DNA from: Alphaproteobacteria bacterium
Lineage (GTDB): Bacteria > Pseudomonadota > Alphaproteobacteria > UBA9219 > RFNS01
Assembly (NCBI GenBank): GCA_037200005.1
Contig: JBBCGY010000001.1
Coordinates: 42,416-106,415, forward strand
DNA length: 64,000 nt
Direction: 5' to 3'
Part shown: positions 1-8,503 of the stretch, piece after piece
How positions within the stretch are numbered: the first letter of the stretch is position 1
Layout: the number at the start of each line of letters is the position of its first letter
The notes under the pieces: model-generated
The model's input: the letters and a program-made list of their open reading frames with translations, nothing else
Database searches by the model: none
Told to the model about the DNA's origin: nothing
Position numbers and translations under genes: made by a program

Positions 1-59
1 TCACTTAACCGCGCACCGGCCTCCGATGCGCGGTTTTTCTATGCCGACTGATCGCCAAT

Positions 60-545
60 TTACGTTTTGAATGGATTATCGAAAACGAGACCGACCTTGC
101 CTGAGAGCGGCCAAATACCATGCTCAGAACCGAATCCTAATTCGAGGGAGAGTTCGCGCAAGGATTTAAAGATTAGAGAAAAGATGCTCCATATCTTACA
201 TGCGATAGAGACGACGTATTCTTTGACCCGCTCGATGAATTCGATAAGCGCATCTCTGGTTCGTCGTGCATAAGTTCTAAGAGAGGCCAACACGCTAGAG
301 GCCAAAGATTTTACATGCAGGAGAAATCGCTCGGCATGCCCTTTGGTCAATTCAACTCCTCTCGCTATTCTATCTGGCATGATGTCGCAATATTCTAGAA
401 AAGCAGAAAAAAGTTCACCTTCTTCCTTTGGAAATTCTCTAGTCGCATCGGTATCTTTGGCGATCCTTATGTCCTGTTTTAGACTCACGAGGATGGCATT
501 GACGGCTGCATCGTCAGCTTTTTCAGATAGTTCTAGAATAAGCAT
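60..545 (-). CDS. hypothetical protein (lower-GC, accessory)
   Basis: 161-aa ORF with no recognisable motifs; AT-richer than the core genome. Confidence 0.3.
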   Translation of the reverse strand: MLILELSEKADDAAVNAILVSLKQDIRIAKDTDATREFPKEEGELFSAFLEYCDIMPDRIARGVELTKGHAERFLLHVKSLASSVLASLRTYARRTRDALIEFIERVKEYVVSIACKIWSIFSLIFKSLRELSLELGFGSEHGIWPLSGKVGLVFDNPFKT

Positions 546-745
546 GGGCTTGATCCTCCCCTATAGATTGCAAAGACTAAATTAAACACATCCATTCCTT
601 AGAATCCAAGCTTCTTCATACCGAACAACTGAAACATACACCGTTATGTGTCTGACCGATAAACCGTCAGCTACTGCTGCGCAGCATTTAAACGCACCCA
701 TCTCTTCAAAACAATTTCCCCCTCACCTCATAGAAAGGAAAGCAT

Positions 746-1006
746 ATGAAAACATCCATGTCCGAAATCATTGATCTTACCCTCACGCAAGCTATTGAGC
801 GTTACATGGAGATGGAGCCGGAGGCGGTTCACGATGCCATTGTCGCCGAATGGCCGGAACAACTGGCCGTCATTCTGGTGGAGTTCTTTTTCAAAACCAC
901 ATGCGGCAATTGCGACGGCTTGCCGGATTTTATCCAAATCCCAAGAGAGCAGAGCGACATTTATTACATCGTCCCGCTATGCGGCTGCGAATGGGGCGGC
1001 GAATAG
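746..1006 (+). CDS. small hypothetical protein with CxxC...CxC cysteines
   Basis: 86-aa ORF preceded by RBS-like 'aggaaagca'; contains CGNC and CGC motifs. Confidence 0.3.
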   Translation: MKTSMSEIIDLTLTQAIERYMEMEPEAVHDAIVAEWPEQLAVILVEFFFKTTCGNCDGLPDFIQIPREQSDIYYIVPLCGCEWGGE

Positions 1007-1091
1007 CGTCTTAACCATACTGAGGGCGTGCGCACGACTTCGCCAAAGATTTTAAGCCCCGATTATTCCAACCATAGAAAGGAACCCTATT

Positions 1092-1772
1092 ATGAAAGCC
1101 GGAAACACCCATACCACGCGCGAAAGCTGGCTGCGGTCGGCGACGAATGAATTACGCCCGTATTTCAGCAAGCTCGGCTACGAATTGCCGGAGAAGATTC
1201 GTTTTGCCATCGCGTTCACATCAACCGGCAAGCGCGGACACATGGCCGGAGAATGCTGGCATCCGGCGTCATCGGCAGACGGGCATTATGAAATCATCAT
1301 CCGCGCGGATATTGCCGATCCCGCAGAAGTCCTTGGCATTCTTGTGCACGAACTTGTGCATACGTTGTTGCCGCCCGAAGTGAAACACGGGAAAGAATTC
1401 AGAGCCATTGCGCTGCGCATCGGCCTTGAAGGCAAAATGCGCGAAACAACGCCCACGCCGATCTTGGCGGAGCGTTTAAACGCTATCGCCATCAATCTCG
1501 GCGCATTGCCTCACGCCAAACTTAATTTTTCCGAGAACGCCGATGCTCCCAAAAAACAAAAAACCCGCTGGCTGAAAGCTGAATGCGGCGCGGCTTGCGG
1601 TTATAGCGTTCAAATCACCGCTAAATGGGCGCGCGCCGGGCTTCCCATTTGTCCAATCGATACCGATCATGGCGCATTGATTTGCAATTTGCCGGATGAT
1701 GGCAAGGACGAAGAAATAACCATGGACAACAAATCGGACATGCAAACAAGCAAAGCAATTTTGCGTTCCTAA
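1092..1772 (+). CDS. SprT-like zinc metallopeptidase domain protein
   Basis: HELVH...HGKEF...IGL matches the SprT pattern HExxH...HGxEW...VG; C-terminal Cys cluster (CGAACGY...CPID...LIC) resembles the SprT zinc ribbon; RBS 'aaggaacc' upstream. Confidence 0.55.
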   Translation: MKAGNTHTTRESWLRSATNELRPYFSKLGYELPEKIRFAIAFTSTGKRGHMAGECWHPASSADGHYEIIIRADIADPAEVLGILVHELVHTLLPPEVKHGKEFRAIALRIGLEGKMRETTPTPILAERLNAIAINLGALPHAKLNFSENADAPKKQKTRWLKAECGAACGYSVQITAKWARAGLPICPIDTDHGALICNLPDDGKDEEITMDNKSDMQTSKAILRS

Positions 1773-1824
1773 ATAACCGACATTGAGAAATTGATTTCGT
1801 CGCAGGCTCCGCAAGGTGTGGGTC

Positions 1825-1871
1825 GTGTGACGTTGTCACACGCCACCCCCTCTGTGTGACGCGTCACACAG
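1825..1871. promoter_or_regulatory. two adjacent palindromic operator-like sites (GTGTGAC-n3-GTCACAC and CTGTGTGAC-gc-GTCACACAG)
   Basis: 7-3-7 inverted repeat at 1825-1841 and perfect 9-2-9 palindrome at 1852-1871, immediately upstream of / overlapping the start of ORF 1856-2200. Confidence 0.4.
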
Positions 1872-2200
1872 AGATAGCAGGGGCTTCGCCCCATGCACCC
1901 CCATATTCATTTCAGCGAGGATATTCACATGACTATTTCGCAAAAATCACGGTTATCAACCAAGTCCTTTCTCAGCATCCGCGAGAGAAAGACGGAATGC
2001 AGTATCATTCCGTCAATATTGAGTCTCCAGTGTTGCCGACGCCGATCAATGCCGCGCTATTCCAGGACAAGGAGGATGACAGCAAGTTCAACCTCATATG
2101 GAACAGGCCGGAGCAGCAGGGACTCAAGGCCGAAGCCACCCTAAGCGTCGCGGGTCAGCCCCAATCCCGCCGCTTCTCCGGCCCGCGCGCAACGCCGTAG
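1856..2200 (+). CDS. hypothetical protein (start uncertain; alternative ATG at 1893)
   Basis: 114-aa ORF downstream of the palindromic sites; no motifs. Confidence 0.25.
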   Translation: MTRHTEIAGASPHAPPYSFQRGYSHDYFAKITVINQVLSQHPREKDGMQYHSVNIESPVLPTPINAALFQDKEDDSKFNLIWNRPEQQGLKAEATLSVAGQPQSRRFSGPRATP

Positions 2201-2331
2201 GTAGTAACGGAGAGGACGACATCCCCGCAGGACGCTCGTCCTGCGGGGATTAATCGGAAAATATCGAACGAATGCCCTATGGCGCAATCCAGAGGCCGCC
2301 ATTATAATGCGCGGAAACTAAGGGATAGCAT

Positions 2332-3892
2332 ATGGCGCAAGCGAAAAAGGCAAAGAAACAGGGCGGCAATGGGGCTAATTTGGGGTTTGAAGCCCAGATG
2401 TTCCAAGCCGCCGACAAAATGCGCGGCAGCATGGATGCCAGCGAATATAAGCATGTCGCCCTGGGACTGATTTTCTTGAAATATATCTCCGACGCTTTTG
2501 AAGCCAGACATGCGACTGTCAAAGCGGACGGCGAGGACCCGGAAGACCGCGATTTTTATATCGCGGAAAATGTCTTCTGGGTTCCCAAAGAGGCCCGATG
2601 GAACCATCTACAAGCGAATGCCAAGCAACCGACCATCGGTAAATTGATTGATAATGCCATGCTGGCGATTGAGTCGGCGAATGCCTCTTTGAAGGGGGTT
2701 TTGCCAAAGGATTATGCCCGCCCAGCCCCTCAACAAACAAATGCTTGGCGAGCTGATCGACCTTATCAGCGGCATCGGGATGCATGAGGGCGCAGGCAAG
2801 AGCAAAGATATTCTTGGGCGCGTTTACGAATATTTCCTCGGTGGCTTTGCCGGAGCCGAAGGCAAGCGCGGCGGTGAATTTTATACGCCGCGTTCCGTAG
2901 TCATGCTGCTGGTTGAAATGCTGGAGCCTTATAAAGGCCGCATCTATGACCCTTGCTGCGGTTCGGGCGGCATGTTCGTTCAATCGGAGAAATTCGTGCT
3001 GGCGCATGGCGGGCGCATCGGCGACATCGCCATCTATGGCCAGGAAATGAATAACACCACATGGCGCTTGGCCAAAATGAATATGGCGGTGCGCGGCATT
3101 GACACGGATATTCGCTGGAACAATGAAGGCAGCTTCCATAAAGATGAATTCAAAGACTTGAAGGCCGATTATATCCTCGCCAATCCACCGTTCAACGTAT
3201 CGGATTGGGGAGCGGATCGCCTGCGCGAAGATGTGCGGTGGAAATACGGCTTGCCGCCTGCTGGCAATGCCAACTACGGCTGGCTACAGCATATCATCCA
3301 CCATTTAGCGCCGAATGGCGTTGCCGGCGTTGTGCTGGCCAATGGCAGCATGTCTTCCAATCAGTCCGGTGAAGGCGAAATCCGCAAGGCTATGATTGAA
3401 AAGGATTTGGTCGATTGCATGGTGGCCTTGCCAGGGCAGCTATTCTATTCAACCCAGATTCCGGCCTGCCTGTGGTTCTTGGCGCGGAACAAAAAAACAT
3501 CGCATCCGCGCAATCGCAGCGGCGAAGTCTTGTTCATTGATGCCCGGAAAATGGGTGTCATGATTGACCGCACCCGCCGTGAGTTAACGGAAGATGACGT
3601 TAAGAAGATCGGCGCTCTCTATCATGCCTGGCGCGGTGAAAAAGACGCCGGGAAATATGCCGACATTCCTGGTCTTTGCAAGGCGGCAAAGTTGGATGAA
3701 GTCTCCGGTCATGGCTTTGTCCTCACCCCTGGCCGCTATGTCGGCAGCGAAGCGGTGGAAGATGACGATGAACCGTTTGAGGTGAAATTTCCCCGACTGG
3801 TTGTTGAGTTGGAAAACCAGTTTGAAGAAAGCGATAAACTCACTGCCCAAATTCGGCGGAATCTGACTTTGTTGGGAGGGTCGCAAAAATGA
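2332..3892 (+). pseudogene. hsdM: type I restriction-modification DNA methyltransferase subunit M, frameshifted (+1 in a C-tract near 2725-2735)
   Basis: N-terminal '[31 protein letters not shown]' in frame 1 continues in frame 2 as '[17 protein letters not shown]...[11 protein letters not shown]...[10 protein letters not shown]...LANPPFN' (SAM-MTase motifs I and IV). Removing one C from 'gcccct' restores ...[19 protein letters not shown]. Confidence 0.8.
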
Positions 3893-4380
3893 CGCTCAAC
3901 CACAAATACATCAAACAGATATTGATTTCCTTGCGGGACAATCCAGCTCCCAGCATGGACAGTTATGATCTGGCAAAAATTTGTGGCGTTGATATGAACC
4001 ATATTGATGAATTGGCGTTTGGTAAGTTTGTGACCCAACTGCGCCTGCTAAAGGATATGGCATGCATAGACTGTCCCGTGGACAATCTCGGCTTTAGCCA
4101 GAACATCAATCGCCACTGGATAATTTGTCGCACCACCTATCGGCTCTCCAGCCAGGGGCACAGTTTTCTGGACACAGAAAACAAAAATACCCTGTTCAAT
4201 AAGGGAAAGGCGTTCTTCTTTTCAGCCTTTACGGAAGCTGGAAAGCGTTTTCTGATTCAGGCAATAACGGCAATTTTTATTGTTGTGCTGGCTACCGTTG
4301 CCGCAAACGCTGGTCTTTTCAAAATTTCGAGTTCGCATGGCCTAGCTAATCTCAAAAATCCAAAAGAGCGAGGGCTATGA
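3889..4380 (+). CDS. hypothetical protein with C-terminal transmembrane helix, inserted between hsdM and hsdS
   Basis: 163 aa; ATGA overlap with the hsdM stop; AT-rich codon usage; C-terminal hydrophobic segment [23 protein letters not shown]; its stop overlaps the hsdS start. Confidence 0.45.
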   Translation: MTLNHKYIKQILISLRDNPAPSMDSYDLAKICGVDMNHIDELAFGKFVTQLRLLKDMACIDCPVDNLGFSQNINRHWIICRTTYRLSSQGHSFLDTENKNTLFNKGKAFFFSAFTEAGKRFLIQAITAIFIVVLATVAANAGLFKISSSHGLANLKNPKERGL

Positions 4381-5696
4381 TGTCTCTTTCGGAATGGCAA
4401 ATATTATCATTTAAAGAAGCTGGTGTTCAGTTGATTGATTGCGATCACAAAACACCCCCGGCATCTTCTTATGGGTATCCATATGTTACGATCCCTCAAA
4501 TCAAAAATGGGCGCATAGATGTGTCTGAAGCAAGGCGGATTACCGCAGAACATTTCAAAGAGTGGACAAGGAAGGCCAATCCAAAGCCCTTTGACGTTGT
4601 CTTATCTCGTAGATGCAACCCAGGAGAAACTGCCCATGTCCCTGCGGGGCTAGAGTTCGCTCTTGGACAAAATCTCGTTTTGTTGCGTGCAAATGGTGAA
4701 AAGGTATTTCCGCGATATTTACGATGGCTTACGCGGGGAGTGTTATGGTGGGAACAGATATCAAAGTTTATTAATGTGGGCGCCGTTTTCGATAGTTTGA
4801 GATGTGCGGACGTTCCAAATTTTCAATTTCCAATACCAGCACTGCATGAACAAAAAGCAATTGCTTCAATATTGACCGCACTGGACGATAAGATCGAACT
4901 GAACCGCCGGATGAATGCGAACCTGGAGGCGATGGCGCGGGCGGTGTTCAAAAGTTGGTTTGTCGATTTCGACCCCGTCCGCGCCAAAATGGCAGGCCGC
5001 CAACCCTTCGGTATGAGCGCGGCTACCGCTGCCTTGTTCCCCTCGCGCCTCGCCCCCTCCGAACTCGGCGATATTCCGGAGGGGTGGTCGGTCGATCAAA
5101 TCGGGAACGCGGTCACCGCCGTTGGCGGCAGCACCCCCAGCACCGAAAATCTAGAATATTGGACTGATGGGCAGTATGCCTGGGTAACGCCAAAAGACCT
5201 CTCTGCACTGAAATCGCCTGTTTTGTTCACAACGGAACGCAGGATAACAGATGCAGGAATCCGTGTTATCAGTTCCGGACTTCTGCCGTCGGGTACTGTT
5301 TTGATGTCTTCCCGTGCGCCAATCGGCTATATCGCAATCGCCGAAACGTCCGTTGCCATCAATCAAGGCTTCATAGCCATCGTTTGTGACAAAGAGCTTC
5401 CCAATTTATACGTCTGGCAATGGCTGCACGCCAATCTTGACATGATCAAAAGCCATGCAAACGGCTCAACCTTTCAGGAAATCAGCAAAGGCAGTTTCCG
5501 GCCTCTCCCCTGCATCATTCCATCAGCAAAGGTTCTCGAAAAATTTCAGGCAATCGTTTTGCCTATCTGGCAAAAACTCGTTGCGAATGAAAAAGAGTGT
5601 CTGGGGCTAGAAAAAACGCGCGACTACCTTCTTCCCAAACTAATCTCCGGCGACATCCGCATCCGCGACGCCGAGAAATTTATGGAGGCTGCATAA
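4377..5696 (+). CDS. hsdS: type I restriction-modification specificity subunit S (two target-recognition domains)
   Basis: Central conserved 'LHEQKAIASILTALDDKIELNRRMNANLEAMARAVFKSWFVDFDPV' and C-terminal 'LPKLISGDIRI' repeats typical of HsdS; intact 439-aa ORF. Confidence 0.9.
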   Translation: MMSLSEWQILSFKEAGVQLIDCDHKTPPASSYGYPYVTIPQIKNGRIDVSEARRITAEHFKEWTRKANPKPFDVVLSRRCNPGETAHVPAGLEFALGQNLVLLRANGEKVFPRYLRWLTRGVLWWEQISKFINVGAVFDSLRCADVPNFQFPIPALHEQKAIASILTALDDKIELNRRMNANLEAMARAVFKSWFVDFDPVRAKMAGRQPFGMSAATAALFPSRLAPSELGDIPEGWSVDQIGNAVTAVGGSTPSTENLEYWTDGQYAWVTPKDLSALKSPVLFTTERRITDAGIRVISSGLLPSGTVLMSSRAPIGYIAIAETSVAINQGFIAIVCDKELPNLYVWQWLHANLDMIKSHANGSTFQEISKGSFRPLPCIIPSAKVLEKFQAIVLPIWQKLVANEKECLGLEKTRDYLLPKLISGDIRIRDAEKFMEAA

Positions 5697-7150
5697 TGAA
5701 TCGCTGGGTAAATTCGTTCCAGAACCATCCTTTCCAAAAGCCATGGAAAGATATTGTGGAGCTTTCAGAAAAGATTGCTCTTCAAGATGAGACTGTCGCA
5801 ACTGACGTCCAAGAGCTTGCGCGTCTAAAAAAGGTTATAACCTATGTTGGCCAGTTAATAGGTGCAGCTGATCCGGAATTGATTCCATTAAGCATATGGA
5901 GTTCTTTTCAGGACCAGGCCACGCAGTGTGCAGATCAAATCAATCAGTACAACAGCAATAAGAACATTACTCACCTCAGCAACGCTAATAGCAATCTAGA
6001 TAATTTATTGACATATGTTCGCCCTTATGTGGTTTCTGCAGAGGGGGCGGCTCAGGCGGCAATGTCTGCGTTCATAGTGTATTCCGACACCATCAATACA
6101 CAGACCGATCTGATACAATCAAAAACCCAAGCCTCTGTTAACGGTACGCAGGCGAACAAAGAAAAGTCTGATGAAATATACAAAGAAATAGAGCAGTCAA
6201 AGCACAACATTCAACAATTGGAACAAAAATTTTTGATCGGCGATAGCAATGAGAAGAGCCTCCAGGAAAGAATGCAGATTCTTCTTGGGGAAGCCCAGGA
6301 GTGGAATAAAATAATTGGTGAGTTTCACAAACGGCTGACAAGCGGCAATGAACAAGAAAGCGCAATTTCGCTACAAATCGAAGAAGCAAAAAATAAAGCT
6401 ACTAAGGATAAGGAGGCTATAGAAAGTGCCCTTCAATTATCTGAAAATTTAATCAAAGACCTCAAAGAGTTTTATGAGCGAGTTTTTGGCAAAGAAGGCA
6501 GTGACGGAAACGTCATGGTCGGTCTAAAGCAAGAATTGGATAACCGCATTAAAGAGCTTGATAATTTTAAAATTAATCAAGGAACAGCCTACAATACCTT
6601 ATTTCAAAAAATTGAATCTCTACTGCCCGGAGCAACAAGCACTGGTCTTGCCAGTGCGTATAGAGAATTAAGAGACTCTTTTGCTGCGCCCATCAATATC
6701 TATACGCTAGTGTTTTGCTTCACCCTAGCAGTGATGTTTTTTGTTGGCTTGTGGGGTGTTGACTTCGGTGATGATGTGGGATTGAACAAGATGCTCGGCA
6801 GTCTCTATCACAAACTCCCACTTTTACTGCCCATCCTGTGGCTGGCAATTTTTGCTTCCAGACGAAGAAGCGAAAGTCAAAGGTTGCAACAAGAATATGC
6901 CCATAAAGAGGCGCTCGCAAAATCATTTCAAAGCTTCAAAAAACAAATTGATGCATTGCAGGAGAAGGACGAGGTCCTTACCAAGAAACTCCTGGATGCT
7001 ATGATCGGTGCCGTGTCCCATAATGCATCACAAACACTGGATGGAAAACATGGAGATAAAATTCCAACGCAAGAACTTCTAGAGGGAGTTATCAAGAAAT
7101 TTCCTGCGCAAAGCTTTTTTGAAAAATTAGTCGATAAAATCCTTAAATAG
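5696..7150 (+). CDS. coiled-coil protein with two C-terminal-proximal transmembrane helices, unknown function (candidate defence/abortive-infection effector)
   Basis: 484 aa from an ATG overlapping the hsdS stop (TAATG). N-terminal half is long Q/E/K-rich heptad-like stretches; TM helices 'INIYTLVFCFTLAVMFFVGLWGV' and 'LPLLLPILWLAIFAS'; AT-rich relative to flanks. Confidence 0.6.
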   Translation: MNRWVNSFQNHPFQKPWKDIVELSEKIALQDETVATDVQELARLKKVITYVGQLIGAADPELIPLSIWSSFQDQATQCADQINQYNSNKNITHLSNANSNLDNLLTYVRPYVVSAEGAAQAAMSAFIVYSDTINTQTDLIQSKTQASVNGTQANKEKSDEIYKEIEQSKHNIQQLEQKFLIGDSNEKSLQERMQILLGEAQEWNKIIGEFHKRLTSGNEQESAISLQIEEAKNKATKDKEAIESALQLSENLIKDLKEFYERVFGKEGSDGNVMVGLKQELDNRIKELDNFKINQGTAYNTLFQKIESLLPGATSTGLASAYRELRDSFAAPINIYTLVFCFTLAVMFFVGLWGVDFGDDVGLNKMLGSLYHKLPLLLPILWLAIFASRRRSESQRLQQEYAHKEALAKSFQSFKKQIDALQEKDEVLTKKLLDAMIGAVSHNASQTLDGKHGDKIPTQELLEGVIKKFPAQSFFEKLVDKILK

Positions 7151-7233
7151 GGAACAATGTGAATGGTCTGTTAGGGGCAAAAAACTCGTCACATCCAACT
7201 TATCAAGTACGTTCCTCGGAAAGAGCTACTCAC

Positions 7234-8319
7234 ATGACCTTTGACCGCAACACACCCTACAACGATCTTCCGCTTTTGCCACCGGCGCAGATCGACCTGG
7301 AAACAAAGCCTATTCTCAAAAAGGCGATCACGGCGAATATCGCGCTTGCCAAGCTGTTCGACGCGGGAAAGTTGATTCCCAATCAGGCGCTTCTGGTTCA
7401 GGCGATTGGGTTGCAGGAAGCCAAGCTGTCCAGTGAAATCGAGAATATCGTCACGACCAATGACGATCTTTACCGCGCTTTCGCGGATGAGGGCGTGCAT
7501 TCCAGCCCCGCAGCCAAAGAGGTTCTGTTTTACAAGGACGCGCTCTGGAAAGGCTATAACGCGATCAAACTGGAAAAGCGCCCGCTCTCCACGCGCCTTT
7601 TTGAAGATACGTTCCGCATTATCAAGCAATCCTCTGACGGCATCCGGCGTTTGCCGGGCACGAAATTATCGAACCCGGCAGGCGAGATTATCTACACGCC
7701 GCCCGAAGGCGAAAATCTTTTGCGTGACAAGCTCTCCAATCTCGAAAAATTTCTTTACGCCGAAGACGGGCTTGATCCTTTGATCAAAATGGCCGTCATG
7801 CACTATCAATTCGAGGCTATTCATCCCTTCACCGACGGCAATGGGCGCACGGGGCGCATTCTCAATCTTTTATATTTGATCGAGTGCGGGTTGCTGGAGA
7901 TTCCGGTTTTGTATCTATCCCGCTACATCATCGAACACAAAACGGATTATTATCTGGGACTGCGCGGCGTAACCGAGGGGCAAAATTGGGAATCGTGGAT
8001 TCTCTATATTCTCGATGCGATTGAAGTGACGGCGCAGATGACCAGAGATCGGATTCTTCGCATTCATTCTTTAATGGACAAGACGGCGGAGGCGGTCAAA
8101 GCCCAGGCTCCCAAAATCTATTCCAAAGACCTTATTGAGGTGATTTTCCGCCAACCCTACTGTAAAATTCGCTTTTTGGAGGAGGCAGGGATTGCCCAAA
8201 GGCAGACCGCCTCCACTTATCTCTCCAAATTAGAGGCTTTGGGTATTTTGGAGTCCGTAAAGGCTGGACGCGAGAAATATTATATTAATCCGGCATTCTT
8301 TAACCTTTTGGCAGAATGA
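7234..8319 (+). CDS. Fic family protein (AMPylase-type Fic, class II with N-terminal inhibitory motif, C-terminal wHTH)
   Basis: Canonical Fic motif HPFTDGNGRTGR; N-terminal 'MTFDRNTPYNDLPLLPP' typical of the Fic N-terminal domain; 'SSEIEN' fits the (S/T)xxxE(G/N) inhibitory motif; start taken at an internal Met of ORF 7159-8319. Confidence 0.85.
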   Translation: MTFDRNTPYNDLPLLPPAQIDLETKPILKKAITANIALAKLFDAGKLIPNQALLVQAIGLQEAKLSSEIENIVTTNDDLYRAFADEGVHSSPAAKEVLFYKDALWKGYNAIKLEKRPLSTRLFEDTFRIIKQSSDGIRRLPGTKLSNPAGEIIYTPPEGENLLRDKLSNLEKFLYAEDGLDPLIKMAVMHYQFEAIHPFTDGNGRTGRILNLLYLIECGLLEIPVLYLSRYIIEHKTDYYLGLRGVTEGQNWESWILYILDAIEVTAQMTRDRILRIHSLMDKTAEAVKAQAPKIYSKDLIEVIFRQPYCKIRFLEEAGIAQRQTASTYLSKLEALGILESVKAGREKYYINPAFFNLLAE

Positions 8320-8386
8320 CATGGTTATTTTCTGCATGTTTATGAAGTGCTTAGGTGATATGTTGTTTTGATCGACACATCGTTCC

Positions 8387-8421
8387 AACATGTCGAAAAA
8401 ATCAGAAAATTTCGACATGTT
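8387..8421. promoter_or_regulatory. inverted repeat AACATGTCGAAA-n11-TTTCGACATGTT upstream of hsdR
   Basis: perfect 12-nt arms at 8387-8398 and 8410-8421, ~85 nt upstream of the hsdR ATG. Confidence 0.3.
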
Positions 8422-8503
8422 GAGGCTTGTGCCCTTGTTGGTTCTAAAATGCGCTTAACCGAGGCCAAACAGGCAACGGCATCGCAGTCCAAAGAGAAAA
8501 TCG

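Noticed and set aside
2714-2787. Possibility that the hsdM/hsdR frame changes are programmed ribosomal frameshifts
   Set aside because: No slippery heptamer plus downstream structure, and the three sites differ in type (two +1 insertions, one deletion). Simple indel mutation or sequencing error is more parsimonious.
5597-5695. N-terminal extension of the coiled-coil gene ORF overlapping the hsdS 3' end
   Set aside because: Arg/Pro-rich, no RBS. ATG at 5696 overlapping the hsdS stop (TAATG) is the plausible start.
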